This document shows, piece by piece, positions 63,601 to 64,000 of a stretch of 64,000 nucleotides of DNA. Every line of letters starts with the position of its first letter. Positions within the stretch are counted from its first letter, which is position 1. This DNA comes from Octopus sinensis (lineage: Eukaryota), in contig NC_043011.1 in NCBI RefSeq assembly GCF_006345805.1, positions 25,990,464 through 26,054,463 on the forward strand. The letters are read 5' to 3'. The position numbers were made by a program, and so were the translations under genes. The notes beneath the pieces were generated by a model. The model searched no databases. It was not told the origin of the DNA and saw only the letters and a list, made by a program, of their open reading frames with translations.

Positions 63601-64000
63601 GATAAAACTTACTTGGAAATGGATGCGTGGCGTATGATCATATAATAACATAAATAATATATAAACATAGGTATATATTCATACATATATGTACATACCT
63701 ACATCTATATTTATATATACATCCATATATGGGTACAGGACACCAAAAAAACGTTGAACACAATGAGAAACGAAAACAAAAACAAAAACATGGAAACAAA
63801 CTTTTTTTCAAACAACAAAAAAACAGAGTACAAGACATACAACACAAGGAATATTCCCCTTCTTCAGTTGTCCCTGTTTCGTCTACTCCGCATTTCGAAG
63901 GTAAGGACAAGATGCGACTTCATTGAAACAGTCCTTCCCGCAAAGCAAATTAAATAAAATTTGGGATTTTTTTGTGGAGGGGTAAAAGTGGTAACAAGAA

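Noticed and set aside
63850-63940. Minus CTGAAGA preceded by GAAAC, and plus GAAACAGTC, as hammerheads
   Set aside because: Only 9 nt between GAAA and CTGA on the minus strand; the plus strand lacks a CUGANGA core

Overview
AT-rich eukaryotic DNA saturated with microsatellites ((TA)n, (CA)n, (AAT)n, (CAT)n, (GATG)n) and dispersed repeats. The repeat families and microsatellite density look like an octopus (coleoid cephalopod) genome; this is my inference from recalled repeat sequences, not a database result. Almost all ORFs in the supplied track are microsatellite or transposon artefacts. The only well-supported host coding sequence is a ~930-nt minus-strand exon (25098-26026) of an unrecognised protein. 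Weaker candidates are two small upstream exons and a separate plus-strand exon encoding a signal peptide (45969-46055). Mobile DNA includes at least four SINE-type families, RTE, CR1 and Tx1 LINE fragments (one RTE with 5' inversion geometry), a Penelope-like GIY-YIG fragment, Tc1/mariner and hAT fossils, MITEs with clean TSDs, and non-autonomous Helitrons. The most striking signal is a set of minimal type I hammerhead ribozyme motifs: four with intact cores (20435-20477, 20532-20574, 23064-23141, 23802-23879), plus variant, decayed and half motifs. Most sit in fold-back (inverted-repeat) elements in or next to (TA)n tracts, and related copies show compensatory changes in the palindromic stem III. 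This fits Penelope-like/retrozyme elements. Several motifs are sense to the putative minus-strand host transcript. All structure calls were made by eye; none were computed.
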